A stretch of 64,000 nucleotides of DNA from an uncultured Methanoregula sp. (GTDB lineage Archaea; Halobacteriota; Methanomicrobia; Methanomicrobiales; Methanospirillaceae). The notes below the pieces were generated by a model. It ran no database searches. It was not told where the DNA came from and was given only the letters and a program-made list of their open reading frames with translations. The DNA lies in contig OY759744.1 in NCBI GenBank assembly GCA_963662735.1, forward strand, positions 970,153 through 1,034,152. The letters are read 5' to 3'. Each line of letters begins with the position of its first letter. Position 1 is the stretch's first letter. Of the stretch, positions 47,537-57,599 are shown piece after piece. Both the position numbers and the translations under genes were made by a program.

Positions 47537-48612
47537 ACCGCCACCTCCATGACCGCGTCCCGGAGAGCCGGCTGGGTTACATTCGCCGGATTGTAATTAT
47601 AGTCAAAAGGACCGGAGCCTGAAGAATTCAGGTACTGCTGGGCCGGATCGGTACGGAACGTCAGGTTAACGTAGATGGTATCCGATGACGCTGCGTACTT
47701 GAAAAATGACGGGCTGAAAACCAGTGAGACATCCTTGTTTACAGGACAGGGGTCCGGGAGAGGATGTGTCGAGATCGGTTTTCCGTCCACGTAGAGATAC
47801 GTGGTCACGTCGTACACCCCGAGGTCATGAAGATCTGTTTCCCCGAACGAGGACCGGTAGAACCGGATCTGGGTCAGGTTTGCTTCTTTTGCCTGCGCTG
47901 GCATTACGGGAGGCTGGACCGGCTCGTCATTGAGGCCGGTGATATTGATGATGATCTGATCCTTCTGCGGGTTTATCTGGTATGCGGGATCTTTGATATC
48001 CCCGTTGAGAAGTTTCGTACTGTTGATCCGCACGGAGAACTGGTGGGATAAGACGTCCTCCGAATTGTTATACCCGAACTCTTGGATCATGTGTTTATCG
48101 ATCGTCGCATTACTGGTGGATTTGATCTTTGCATCCCGGCGGATGTACCCGTGCCCCTCCGGAACGATATCCCCTGCCGACTTCACCCGGTCCTCCCCGG
48201 CCGTGCGCAGGGAAATGTTGAACCGGTAGGGGTAATCCCCGAATATCACGCGTTTCCGGTAATCATCCGGATACGAAAAAACCGTGGAACAGAAAAAGCG
48301 ATTAACTTTATTCTCATCGAGAATACCCGGGGTATCTTTTGAAACGGCGAGCCCGAACCGTTTGAGATCGGCCTTATTGCTGTCTGCCAGGAACTCCCAC
48401 GAGACGCTGTCGGCAGGTGGCCCTGCCGGGCTGCCAGGATCCTCAGCCAGGATCACACCGGTCCGGTACGCGACTGCATCATAATCGATCGAGCTGGATT
48501 TCAGCCCGATAAACAGGCCCGGCACCATGGTTGCTACCCAGATAAAGGCAATCATGAAGATGGTGATGCCTGCCAGGAAGTCTACCGAAAGTATCCCGGA
48601 ATCGTCAGCCAT
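47530..48612 (-). CDS. archaeal pilin-like protein (large)
   Basis: MADDSGILSVDFLAGITIFMIAFIWVATMV N-terminus followed by a 330-aa beta-rich body. Confidence 0.6.
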   Translation of the reverse strand: MADDSGILSVDFLAGITIFMIAFIWVATMVPGLFIGLKSSSIDYDAVAYRTGVILAEDPGSPAGPPADSVSWEFLADSNKADLKRFGLAVSKDTPGILDENKVNRFFCSTVFSYPDDYRKRVIFGDYPYRFNISLRTAGEDRVKSAGDIVPEGHGYIRRDAKIKSTSNATIDKHMIQEFGYNNSEDVLSHQFSVRINSTKLLNGDIKDPAYQINPQKDQIIINITGLNDEPVQPPVMPAQAKEANLTQIRFYRSSFGETDLHDLGVYDVTTYLYVDGKPISTHPLPDPCPVNKDVSLVFSPSFFKYAASSDTIYVNLTFRTDPAQQYLNSSGSGPFDYNYNPANVTQPALRDAVMEVAVW

Positions 48613-49243
48613 TTGATCGTATCAGCGCCCCTGTTGTTGCATCGAATACCATCACCCGTTTTGTTCCTCCTCCGGACTGGGTGAGTGTGTAGTTGTTCAC
48701 CGAAAGTACCAGGTCCTGCGATACGGTCTGGTTGTTTCCCGTGTCCCGGATAATCGCGGCCCGGTTCTTCAGGAAGAGATCGCCTGGAGAGATAACCGAA
48801 TCAATCTTGATCTCCCCCTGGGGAAAGTCCCCGGCCCAAGCAACGATGTTTCGTCCATACTGGTCATACGTTACCATCGATGTCCTGTTGTTATGGCGCA
48901 CGGCAACTATCCAGCTTTTTGCATCGCCGTTTTCATTGAGTTTGTTACCGCGGATGTACAGAATCTGGTTGCCCCCTGAAGCATTTGCTGCCAAACTGCC
49001 ACCTGTTTCGGGCACGAGTCCGGCAAGATCAGCGGTCGCTTCCCAGAAACTGAGCGCCTGCTGTTCTCCGGATACAGGAGCGGGTCGGAATCCGAAATCG
49101 GTTCCCTTCGGGGTTTCATTCGGTTGGGATACCGGCGGCTGGGTGGTGCTGCAACCCATAGTAAAACAGCCGGCCAGTACGAGTACGACTGTAAAAAAGA
49201 CGATAAACGGTGAAATGGCCGGTCTCCGCATAATTTTCCTCAT
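48605..49243 (-). CDS. secreted lipoprotein-like protein, first gene of the pilin-like operon
   Basis: MRKIMRRPAISPFIVFFTVVLVLAGC signal. No recognisable domain. Confidence 0.55.
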   Translation of the reverse strand: MRKIMRRPAISPFIVFFTVVLVLAGCFTMGCSTTQPPVSQPNETPKGTDFGFRPAPVSGEQQALSFWEATADLAGLVPETGGSLAANASGGNQILYIRGNKLNENGDAKSWIVAVRHNNRTSMVTYDQYGRNIVAWAGDFPQGEIKIDSVISPGDLFLKNRAAIIRDTGNNQTVSQDLVLSVNNYTLTQSGGGTKRVMVFDATTGALIRSNG

Positions 49244-49393
49244 CTTTTTTTAGAGGGACGCACTATATATGTTGATGCATTCCTTCATGATTCCGCAGGG
49301 TGCCCAAGTCAATCAATGAACGGGAATTCAATCAATTATAATCGACATTTTACGAATCCAACGAAAAATTTTAGTTTTTTTTAAATAAAAAAG

Positions 49394-49400
49394 TATAAAT
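49394..49400 (+). promoter_or_regulatory. candidate TATA box for the VWA gene in an AT-rich divergent promoter region
   Basis: tataaat lies 41-47 nt upstream of ATG 49441. The whole 49244-49440 spacer is AT-rich. Confidence 0.3.
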
Positions 49401-49440
49401 ATTGTTGCATATAATCATTCATCCAGAAGGGATCGGGCTG

Positions 49441-52400
49441 ATGATCCACCGGATAATTCTGATTGCACTTGGGCTTTTTTTTATGGTGAGTATCACCGCT
49501 GCAGCAGACCTGAGTCCGTCCACCATGACCAGCAGCAATACTGGCTGGCTCGTGGCAAATGGTAACGACCAGTCGACTATTACCGTTCATGTCATGCAGG
49601 GGTCACCGGCGTCGGACATATCCGGGGCAAATGTCGCTTTCTCGCTTGCAGCGGATTCACAGGACTTGGGAACCCTCTCTGCCCCTTCCGGGACAACCGG
49701 CAGTGACGGTATTGCCCAGACCATTTTCAGGACAACGACCAAAAGCGGAACGGCGACCATCAATGTCATCATAACCTACAATGACGGGACTACCACTGCA
49801 CTGCCACTAAGTTGTACCCAGAAGATCGATCACGATATCCCCTGGAGTGCGGATCCCGGTTACCAAGATAATGTGCCTGTCGGCTCGATCACCCACCTGG
49901 ACATCACGCTCCGGGACGCCAACAACAACCCGGTTGATAATAAAAACACGGCGGAAATCCACACCGTCCACCTCTATATGTCCGGAGACGGGGGATCAGG
50001 CTTTGTGCAGGGCACGAATTATGTGCAGGATATCCAGGTGCCCACCGATTCCAAGGGAAACGTTTCCGTGGATCTCCGGGTTTCCACCCTGGCGGGCATA
50101 AACTCGATCCAGGTATACCCGGTTGGATCGTACCTGGGGGACCTGATCACGATCAACGGAGTATCGGACAGTAACCCGTGTTACCTGACGCAGGTACACC
50201 CCTCGCCGTCATCCTATCCTGCGGACGGGAAGGATCCTGACCATAAGTTTACGTTCTACTGGACGGTGCTGGACAAGTACGGCAACCCGATAGAAAATGC
50301 GGATCTCTATGTCACGTCGTCCAAGGCCGGTGAGGAGGTCCACCTGATCACCAGTACTGATGGCATGGTCTCAACACCCTATGGCCCGAAGGATATTGCC
50401 GGGGTATATACTATAACAGCAAGGCCGGTAATCACCGGAACAACGACAGCCCGGAACGCCACGATTCTCTGTATGGATACCGGAACGTCCGGTTTCTGCA
50501 GCCAGACCGTGGAATATACTCCTATGATCCCGGTGGATATGATCCTCACTGCAAGCCCCCAGACCATGGAGAGCATGGACGTAACCGGTGCAAAAGCAGT
50601 TGATGTCAAGGCGCGGGTTGTGGATGCCTCGGGTAACGCGGTCAAGGGAGAGACGGTCACCTTCACGAAGTCTGCCGATACCTATACCGGCTTTACCGAG
50701 ACTGCCCAGTCATTGCTGACCCCCCCCACTAGCGTCACTACGACAGCGGAGACCGGTTATGCGATAGTGCAGTTCGTGCCGGGAACATTTGCGAAAAAAG
50801 GAGAGACCGGGTATAACGAGGCAGCAACCGGCTCCTGTATTGTAACGGCCAGGTGGACCAATCCAACCACCGGGGAGATCAAGAGCCGGGAGATCACGTT
50901 TGTCTGGAAGAACTACCCGTTCCTGAGCGTGGACTCGGCGGTCGATAATCCCGACCCCAAGGTGGGGGACATCATCAATGTCAAAGTCTGGGTCCGGGGA
51001 ACCGGCGCAGCCCTCCAGCCCAAGCCTATCGATGTCGTGCTCGTCATGGACCGATCCGGGAGCATGCTGAATAATTATCCCGGCCGCCCGGACGATGCCA
51101 TGGTCGAGGCTAAGGCTGCTGCCCTGACATTCTCTACAAAATTAACTCAGGATAAAGATCATATCGGGATCCTATCGTTTGGGGATAACGATGCTACCTC
51201 CGGATGGGCAAAACTGGCACCGATCAAATCGGGATCCTGGAGTTGGACCAATGTCTATAGTGGCTGGAGCTGGGTGGCCGGGGACTCTTCGACAGAATGT
51301 GGATCCGGCTGTCCGAATGGGTATTCTCTCACGTCCACTCATAACCAGTACCTGATTGCCCATTACAATAACGGGAATCCCATGAATTATGGGGACAATG
51401 TTTACACGCATCAGGATCTGTCTCTGGATTCGCACACCCAGACTGCAGTTGATACCGCTCTCACAAGTATCGTACCTGCCGGGGGAACGCCGATGCGGGA
51501 AGGTCTGACTGCGGCAGTGGGCATGTTCCCCGCCTATTCAGCCGAGAGACCCATCCGGGCGATCATCCTGCTGACCGATGGTCAATACACTACCGGGGAT
51601 CCCGAGTCGAATCCCAGCGTAATTACGTCAGCAACAAATAATAAAATAAAAATATTCACGATCGGGCTTGGAAAGAATGTAAACGTGGATGACCTGAAGA
51701 GTTACGCCACGAAGACCGGGGGTAACTGGTACCCGGCAAGTGATCCTTCACAACTCGCGAATATTTATTCGGATATTGCCGGGAAATTAAATGAGCAGGC
51801 CGGCGGGCAGACCCAGATGTTTACCGATTTCAGTGTCATTACCGTAGACGGTAATGCGGTCACCGGCAGTCAGAACGTGGGAAAATATATCCAGTATGTC
51901 CCCGATCTCAACCTTGCGGACGGGGAAAGCTCTTCCACCTACGTAAGTAAAACCTCGACGCAGACTCCCATTGATTACACGAAGAATGATTATTACGCAA
52001 AGGTCAGGGACGATACCGGCAACTTCACGACCCCAACTCTCCTTCCAGGGCTGACTCCCGGGAAACTGCAGTTCGATGTCGGAAAAATCATTCTCAACGA
52101 TGTCTGGATGACCAATATCAAGTTCAAGATGCTGCAGGGCGGCCAGATCGGGATCTTCGGCACCAGCAGCCCCGTCACCTTCATAGATGCGGTCACCGGA
52201 AAAAGCCAGACCGTGACCATACCGGCCAGAACCTGGACAATTCACACGAGCAAGGTGGACAACCCCTTCGCCCCGCCGGCAACCCTCACGGTGACCGGCG
52301 TGAAGGTTGAGGGCAGCACAACCGACCCGAACCTCTGGACCGTAACGTGGAATACCGATTATGACGCGAGCAGCGTCGTGCACGAGAAGTTGTTATATTG

Positions 52401-52665
52401 TTCCGAGACCGGTACGGACCCGGTGTCCTGCGATACCGTGCATACGGCATGGCGGGTCTACGATACCCTGCCTGATTCCATTTACGGGACCGGTGTGATG
52501 AAGACTACCCCGGGCACGCTGGTTGTTGATACCAGTACCTGGAAATCCGGTCAGACCTATAAGCTCACCATATGGGCGGAAACCGACGATGGAAAAGAAA
52601 ATTCAGGAGCCGCCTTTCACCCGAAGGACAACGGAGCTAAAAAGGCGTATATCAAGCTCGAATAA
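49441..52665 (+). CDS. large secreted protein with invasin/Big_1-like Ig repeats, a von Willebrand factor A domain and a C-terminal beta-rich region
   Basis: Signal MIHRIILIALGLFFMVSITAAA. Several Ig-like repeats (e.g. ANGNDQSTITVHV...TTGSDGIAQTIFRTTTKSGTATINV). VWA MIDAS motifs DVVLVMDRSGSM, GGTPMREGL and IILLTDGQ. Confidence 0.85.
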   Translation: MIHRIILIALGLFFMVSITAAADLSPSTMTSSNTGWLVANGNDQSTITVHVMQGSPASDISGANVAFSLAADSQDLGTLSAPSGTTGSDGIAQTIFRTTTKSGTATINVIITYNDGTTTALPLSCTQKIDHDIPWSADPGYQDNVPVGSITHLDITLRDANNNPVDNKNTAEIHTVHLYMSGDGGSGFVQGTNYVQDIQVPTDSKGNVSVDLRVSTLAGINSIQVYPVGSYLGDLITINGVSDSNPCYLTQVHPSPSSYPADGKDPDHKFTFYWTVLDKYGNPIENADLYVTSSKAGEEVHLITSTDGMVSTPYGPKDIAGVYTITARPVITGTTTARNATILCMDTGTSGFCSQTVEYTPMIPVDMILTASPQTMESMDVTGAKAVDVKARVVDASGNAVKGETVTFTKSADTYTGFTETAQSLLTPPTSVTTTAETGYAIVQFVPGTFAKKGETGYNEAATGSCIVTARWTNPTTGEIKSREITFVWKNYPFLSVDSAVDNPDPKVGDIINVKVWVRGTGAALQPKPIDVVLVMDRSGSMLNNYPGRPDDAMVEAKAAALTFSTKLTQDKDHIGILSFGDNDATSGWAKLAPIKSGSWSWTNVYSGWSWVAGDSSTECGSGCPNGYSLTSTHNQYLIAHYNNGNPMNYGDNVYTHQDLSLDSHTQTAVDTALTSIVPAGGTPMREGLTAAVGMFPAYSAERPIRAIILLTDGQYTTGDPESNPSVITSATNNKIKIFTIGLGKNVNVDDLKSYATKTGGNWYPASDPSQLANIYSDIAGKLNEQAGGQTQMFTDFSVITVDGNAVTGSQNVGKYIQYVPDLNLADGESSSTYVSKTSTQTPIDYTKNDYYAKVRDDTGNFTTPTLLPGLTPGKLQFDVGKIILNDVWMTNIKFKMLQGGQIGIFGTSSPVTFIDAVTGKSQTVTIPARTWTIHTSKVDNPFAPPATLTVTGVKVEGSTTDPNLWTVTWNTDYDASSVVHEKLLYCSETGTDPVSCDTVHTAWRVYDTLPDSIYGTGVMKTTPGTLVVDTSTWKSGQTYKLTIWAETDDGKENSGAAFHPKDNGAKKAYIKLE

Positions 52666-52844
52666 TTTTTTACATGATCAGACTATTTTCCGTTTCATTG
52701 AACCGAGAATAGTGATCCACGATTTTGCTCTAAAGACGATTGCCCGCAGGCAGACCGGCTCCCAATTGAATCCGGGATCGGCCCTGATAATGTAGGGATG
52801 GGAAAGGTATTGGCGTAAAAAAAAAGATCTTTTCGGGATCGTTC

Positions 52845-53717
52845 TTACGGCACGATTTTGGAGATAGGGATCTCCAGGATATCTTCTGCACCGCAAGCCT
52901 TGAGTGTCGGGATCAGGCCGTTGACCGCGCTCTTCGGTACAACGGTCTGGATGCTGTAATAATCAATCCCGTGGAGCTGGCTGACGGTCGGCTTCTTCAT
53001 GGCCGGAAGCGCCGCAACGATCTTCTCCATTGAAGCCGACGGGACGTTCATGGTCAGGAGCACCTTGTGCCGGGCATCGATGACCCCGAAGAGCAGGGTC
53101 TTGATCTCCTCGATCTCCTTTCGTTTCTGCGGATCGGCCCAGCTCTTTTTGTTGGCAATGATCGCGGTGTGGGACTCCATGATCTGGCCGATGATCTTGA
53201 GCCCGTTCTTGCGAAGCGTTGTGCCGGTCTCGGTCAAGTCAACGACAACATCCATCAGATCCGGGACTTTTGCCTCCGAAGCGCCATAGGAATGAAACAT
53301 CTGGACCGGTATTCCCAGGTTTTCAAAAAATTTCCGGGTGAGCTCGGGGTATTCTGTGGTGACCCTGCTGTTGGGGCGGATCTGGCTGACGTTCTCGATG
53401 GGTTCGTCGCGGTGGACGGCGATAACGATCTTCACGTTTCCCTCGCCGGTCTTGCTGTACGAGAGATCGGCCACTTCAACCACATCGGAACCGGTCTCGG
53501 TGATCCAGTCAAGGCCGGAGATGCCGAGATCGAAGTAACCCTTGTCCACGTAGGTCGGGATCTCCTGCGGGCGGAGGATCTTTATTTTGCCGATACGGGG
53601 GTCGTTGATGCAGGGATTGTAGTCCCGGTCCGTGCGTTTGACTTCGAGGTCAGCTTCCTTGAAGAGCTGGAGCGTCTGCGCCTCAAGGCTGCCTTTGGGA
53701 AGGGCGAGGGTAATCAT
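52845..53717 (-). CDS. hisG: ATP phosphoribosyltransferase, long form
   Basis: 290 aa. MITLALPKGSLEAQTLQLF N-terminus and conserved HisG blocks plus a C-terminal regulatory domain. Confidence 0.92.
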   Translation of the reverse strand: MITLALPKGSLEAQTLQLFKEADLEVKRTDRDYNPCINDPRIGKIKILRPQEIPTYVDKGYFDLGISGLDWITETGSDVVEVADLSYSKTGEGNVKIVIAVHRDEPIENVSQIRPNSRVTTEYPELTRKFFENLGIPVQMFHSYGASEAKVPDLMDVVVDLTETGTTLRKNGLKIIGQIMESHTAIIANKKSWADPQKRKEIEEIKTLLFGVIDARHKVLLTMNVPSASMEKIVAALPAMKKPTVSQLHGIDYYSIQTVVPKSAVNGLIPTLKACGAEDILEIPISKIVP

Positions 53718-53774
53718 ACCCTACAGTATCCGCGGCAAAAAACAATAAAGGTAAAGGTCGGGATGGTTGCCCGG

Positions 53775-55040
53775 TCATTCAAACGTGTGAACCACAAGGC
53801 CGCTCAGCAGCTTGGGCTCAAACCACGTGGACTTGGGTGGCATAACCCCGCCGGCATCAGCAATAGAAAGGACCGTTCCGACCTTGACCGGCTGCATGGC
53901 AAACGCGAGCCGGAAGGAGCCGGCATCCACCAGCTTTTCGAGATCGGCAACCGGCCGGGCGCCGCCAAGGTACTGGAGCCGGGCATCTCCCCGGGGATCG
54001 GTGATCCCGAGCATGCCTTCAAGAACGTATTTCTGGAGCACGGCAACATCCAGGGATTCCAGGGGTCCGACACCCTTCTCCAGGTGACGGGTGCACTCGT
54101 ACCACTGGCCGGCAAGATACATGTGCACGATATGATACTTCTCCGGCGATTTGATCTTCGGCGGGATATTGAATTTCCTGCCATCCACCCTGCCATAGGG
54201 CTTGACTTCAAAATATTTCTGGAGTTCAGCAAGAAACGTTTCGTGCGTATGGGTGCCGAGGTCGGTCAGGAGCCGGCTGTACCCGTGTATCTTCACCCGG
54301 TTGTGGGCAAACATAACGCCCATGAACCGCGATACTTCGCCATCAGCTGGAAGACCCCCCGCGATCCGGCGGTCGGCTACGTTTACGGCAGCCTTGGCCC
54401 GGTGGTGGCCGTCGGCAATATACAATGAAGGCACGGATGCAAAGAGTTCTTCGAGCCGGGGGAGGACTGCGGGGTCAGTTATCCTGTATATCTGGTGGAT
54501 TCCGCCGCCGTCAGCCTTCACTTCGGCTTCCGGAATGGCCGTTGAGGGAGCAAGTGATTTAATGAATTTGAAGATATCGTTGGTATCCTGGTACAGGAGC
54601 ACGACCGGGCCATTGTGCGTTTTTGTCGTGCCGATGTGGCGCGTCCGGTCCTCTTCCTTGTCGTACCGGGTCTGCTCGTGCCTGCGGATTTTCGTTGTGC
54701 GGTAATCGTCCACATCCAGGCAGCAGCAGAGCCCGAGGAACTCGTCCTCGTCCTGCCGGACCCGGTACAGGTACATGCCGGGTGCCGGATCCCTCTGCAT
54801 CTCCCCCCCAGAAAGGAGGGCATTGAAGTTCTCCCGCGCCCGCTCGTAGATGCGGGGATCATCGGCCGGGACATCAGAGAGCTCTGCATCCGGGCGGCTG
54901 ACGCGCAGAAAACTTTTGGGATTCTTCTTAATGATCGTCCGCGCCTCTTCTGCGGTCACGACATCATACGGTACTGCCGCGATCGCCGGGGCAACCGAAC
55001 GCTCCGGACGCACTCCACAAAAACGATAGATCCTGACCAT
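53775..55040 (-). CDS. DUF1015-family protein
   Basis: MVRIYRFCGVRPERS...AAVPYDVV...FLRVSRPD is the typical DUF1015 N-terminus. ATG 55040 is used. Confidence 0.8.
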   Translation of the reverse strand: MVRIYRFCGVRPERSVAPAIAAVPYDVVTAEEARTIIKKNPKSFLRVSRPDAELSDVPADDPRIYERARENFNALLSGGEMQRDPAPGMYLYRVRQDEDEFLGLCCCLDVDDYRTTKIRRHEQTRYDKEEDRTRHIGTTKTHNGPVVLLYQDTNDIFKFIKSLAPSTAIPEAEVKADGGGIHQIYRITDPAVLPRLEELFASVPSLYIADGHHRAKAAVNVADRRIAGGLPADGEVSRFMGVMFAHNRVKIHGYSRLLTDLGTHTHETFLAELQKYFEVKPYGRVDGRKFNIPPKIKSPEKYHIVHMYLAGQWYECTRHLEKGVGPLESLDVAVLQKYVLEGMLGITDPRGDARLQYLGGARPVADLEKLVDAGSFRLAFAMQPVKVGTVLSIADAGGVMPPKSTWFEPKLLSGLVVHTFE

Positions 55041-55205
55041 GCATGACACCCTGTCCCGTACCGGGAACTTTTAACCTGTTCTCTATACTTGAGCGTACAC
55101 CCATATAATTTTCCGCACACTCCTGATGCAAACCCCCGGGCAAACACTAAGTTTTTCTCCTGCTCATGACTATTAAACAAGAGATAACTCAAAGGTGACA
55201 TCCCC

Positions 55206-55691
55206 GTGATCCGCTCCCACGATCTTGTCCCGTATTCCCTGCCGCAGATCCGGCGGGCTGTCACCACGGACATTCCCGCGATTGTTGCAATTGAGAACGA
55301 GTCGTTTGCCGACCCCTGGGACCAGTCGGCATTTCTTGATGCACTCACCTATTTTCCCACCACCTATTTTGTTGCTGTCTCCGGAGGATCCGTGACCGGC
55401 TTTATTGTTGGCGCCCTTGAAGATACCGGGGAGAACCTCTATGGCCATCTCTGCAATTTCGGCGTGAGCCCGGCGTACCGCCGCAAAGGTCTCGGGAAGC
55501 TCCTCTTGCGCCGGCTCGAGTGCCAGTTCACCATCGAGACCGCAACCGCAGTCCAGCTGGAAGTGCGGGTCTCCAATACTGCCGCACAACGGTTCTACCG
55601 GCGGCTGGGTTATCGCAATGTCTTCGGCATCGAGAATTATTATGCAAATGGCGAAGATGCCCTTGTTATGATGAAATGGTTTCGGCTCTGA
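55206..55691 (+). CDS. rimI: GNAT N-acetyltransferase, RimI-like
   Basis: IVAIENESFADPWDQSAFLDAL and the acetyl-CoA motif RRKGLGKLLL. GTG start. Confidence 0.8.
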   Translation: MIRSHDLVPYSLPQIRRAVTTDIPAIVAIENESFADPWDQSAFLDALTYFPTTYFVAVSGGSVTGFIVGALEDTGENLYGHLCNFGVSPAYRRKGLGKLLLRRLECQFTIETATAVQLEVRVSNTAAQRFYRRLGYRNVFGIENYYANGEDALVMMKWFRL

Positions 55692-55944
55692 GCAATCCCT
55701 CTCCTTAATTTTCGCATCCATGTCCGGAATAAAATGAAAACGGTTTTTTCTTAAGGAGAAGTACCTATGGAAGGTTTATCGTGGAACAAGTGGATGCCGA
55801 TTGACGACAGATACCAGCCGCCCGGACCCGTCACGCAGCAAAGAAAGCGAGCCTGATTTTTCCTTCCCTGACCCGGAACTGCAGCAACAGGAATTTGCAG
55901 AGAGTAAAGAAACCCATCACCGTCCCAGGGATCCCCTTCCCCCC

Positions 55945-57399
55945 ATGGGGGAGTTCGGGCTGAAACGCGGTATACAGCCCTGGATGGCCAACCTGATTGC
56001 AATCGGCGGTATTATCGGATCGGCTTATTTCATTGGATCGGGATACCTGATCTCCCAGCTGGGGCCCAGCGTTATCCTGCTCTATGCGATTGGCGGGCTG
56101 ATTATCTGGACCGTGATGCAGTCGTTTGCAGAGCTCCTTGTCAACGTCCCCCGGCAGGGCAACTTCATCAGTTATTCTGCGGAGTTCATCTCCCCCACCT
56201 GGGCAGTAGGCACCGGGTGGAGCTACTGGTTCAACTGGTGCGCCTACATTCCTTCGGAAGCGGTGGCAGGCGGCATCATCATGCACGTCTTTGTTCCCAC
56301 TGTGCCGGTTGTTCTCTGGGCGATAGCGTTCCTGATCATGATCACGCTCCTCAACCTGATCCATGTTGGCGGGTTCGGCTGGGTTGAGAGCTCGCTTGCC
56401 ATTGTCAAGATCGGGCACAACGTGGTCTTCTGCATTGTTGCCGCCCTCATCGTGCTCGGCGTCATCGGTACTGCAGGTTTCATTGGCACGAGTATCGCAT
56501 TTCCGCCCAATACCAGCCTGTACGACGATATCTTCCCTGCCGGGGCCTTTGTCCTCATTGCAAACCTTGCCATCATCCTTGTGAACTTCCAGGGATCCGA
56601 GATCGTCGGCCTTGCTGCTGCCGAGACCCAGAACCCGGAAAAGACGGTTCCCAAAGCCTGTCGGCAGGTAGTCCACCGGATCCTCCGGGTCGATATCATC
56701 CCCATCCTCCTGCTGATCCTGATCATCCCCTTTGCCGAAGCCGGCATCTCCGACAGTATCTTTTCCACGGCGCTTGCCAAGTACGGGTTCCAGGAAGTTG
56801 CAGCCGTCCTCTCGTTCATCGTCCTGACGGCTGCGTTCTCGTGTGCCAACAGCGGGTTCTATGGTGCGGTCCGGGCTCTCTACGGGCTCTCTCTTGAAGG
56901 AATGGCGCCAAAATTCCTCTCCCGGCTCAACCGGAACTGCGTACCGATGGTGGGAACCCTCATCACCCTTGCATGCTGCTGGGTGGTTCTTTCCCTCTGG
57001 TGGTTCACCAACGGCGAAGGCGAACTCTACCTCTGGCTCCTCTCGGTATCCGCGTTCACCGGCGCGATCTGCTGGATCTCCATCTGCTGGGCGCAGGTCG
57101 TATTCCGGAAACGGATCTACGAGCGCGGGTATACGGATGCCGACATCATCGCCCCGGCCCCGCTTTCACCGTGGCTGCCGGTGGCAATCGGTGTAATCCT
57201 CGAGATCATTGCTCTTGTTGTACTTGCCTTCAACCCGGATCTCTCCGGATCGCTCTATCTCTCAGTACCCGTGGTCTTTGTGCCTATGATCATCTACTGG
57301 ATCGGCCGTAAAACCGGGAGGATCAAAGGGATCAAGTACCTCAACCCGGATGAGAAGTCGTTCGATGATTTATTCCCGGATAAACGGACAAGCCGGTAA
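55945..57399 (+). CDS. APC-family amino-acid permease
   Basis: 12 hydrophobic helices and N-terminal L.R.I..W....I.IGG.IGS..F.G motif. The ORF track start 55801 is TTG, so ATG 55945 is preferred. Confidence 0.85.
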   Translation: MGEFGLKRGIQPWMANLIAIGGIIGSAYFIGSGYLISQLGPSVILLYAIGGLIIWTVMQSFAELLVNVPRQGNFISYSAEFISPTWAVGTGWSYWFNWCAYIPSEAVAGGIIMHVFVPTVPVVLWAIAFLIMITLLNLIHVGGFGWVESSLAIVKIGHNVVFCIVAALIVLGVIGTAGFIGTSIAFPPNTSLYDDIFPAGAFVLIANLAIILVNFQGSEIVGLAAAETQNPEKTVPKACRQVVHRILRVDIIPILLLILIIPFAEAGISDSIFSTALAKYGFQEVAAVLSFIVLTAAFSCANSGFYGAVRALYGLSLEGMAPKFLSRLNRNCVPMVGTLITLACCWVVLSLWWFTNGEGELYLWLLSVSAFTGAICWISICWAQVVFRKRIYERGYTDADIIAPAPLSPWLPVAIGVILEIIALVVLAFNPDLSGSLYLSVPVVFVPMIIYWIGRKTGRIKGIKYLNPDEKSFDDLFPDKRTSR

Positions 57400-57599
57400 T
57401 TCTCACGTTCTCCCTCATTTTCGGGGACCAATCGTCTTTTTTTGAGGGACAGAATCCCTCCCCATCCCTGGTGTCCAGGTAACTCTATGCCGGGAACATG
57501 GAGTGGGGGAAAAACGAATGCGAAAAACAGAATCGTCTCATTGTCTTCCGATCCGCCATCGGGGGGGCAAAACCGGGAATTGAGAAAAAGGGAAGATCC

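Noticed and set aside
53067-54428. 453-aa plus-strand ORF
   Set aside because: It is antisense to hisG and the DUF1015 gene, both clearly recognisable.
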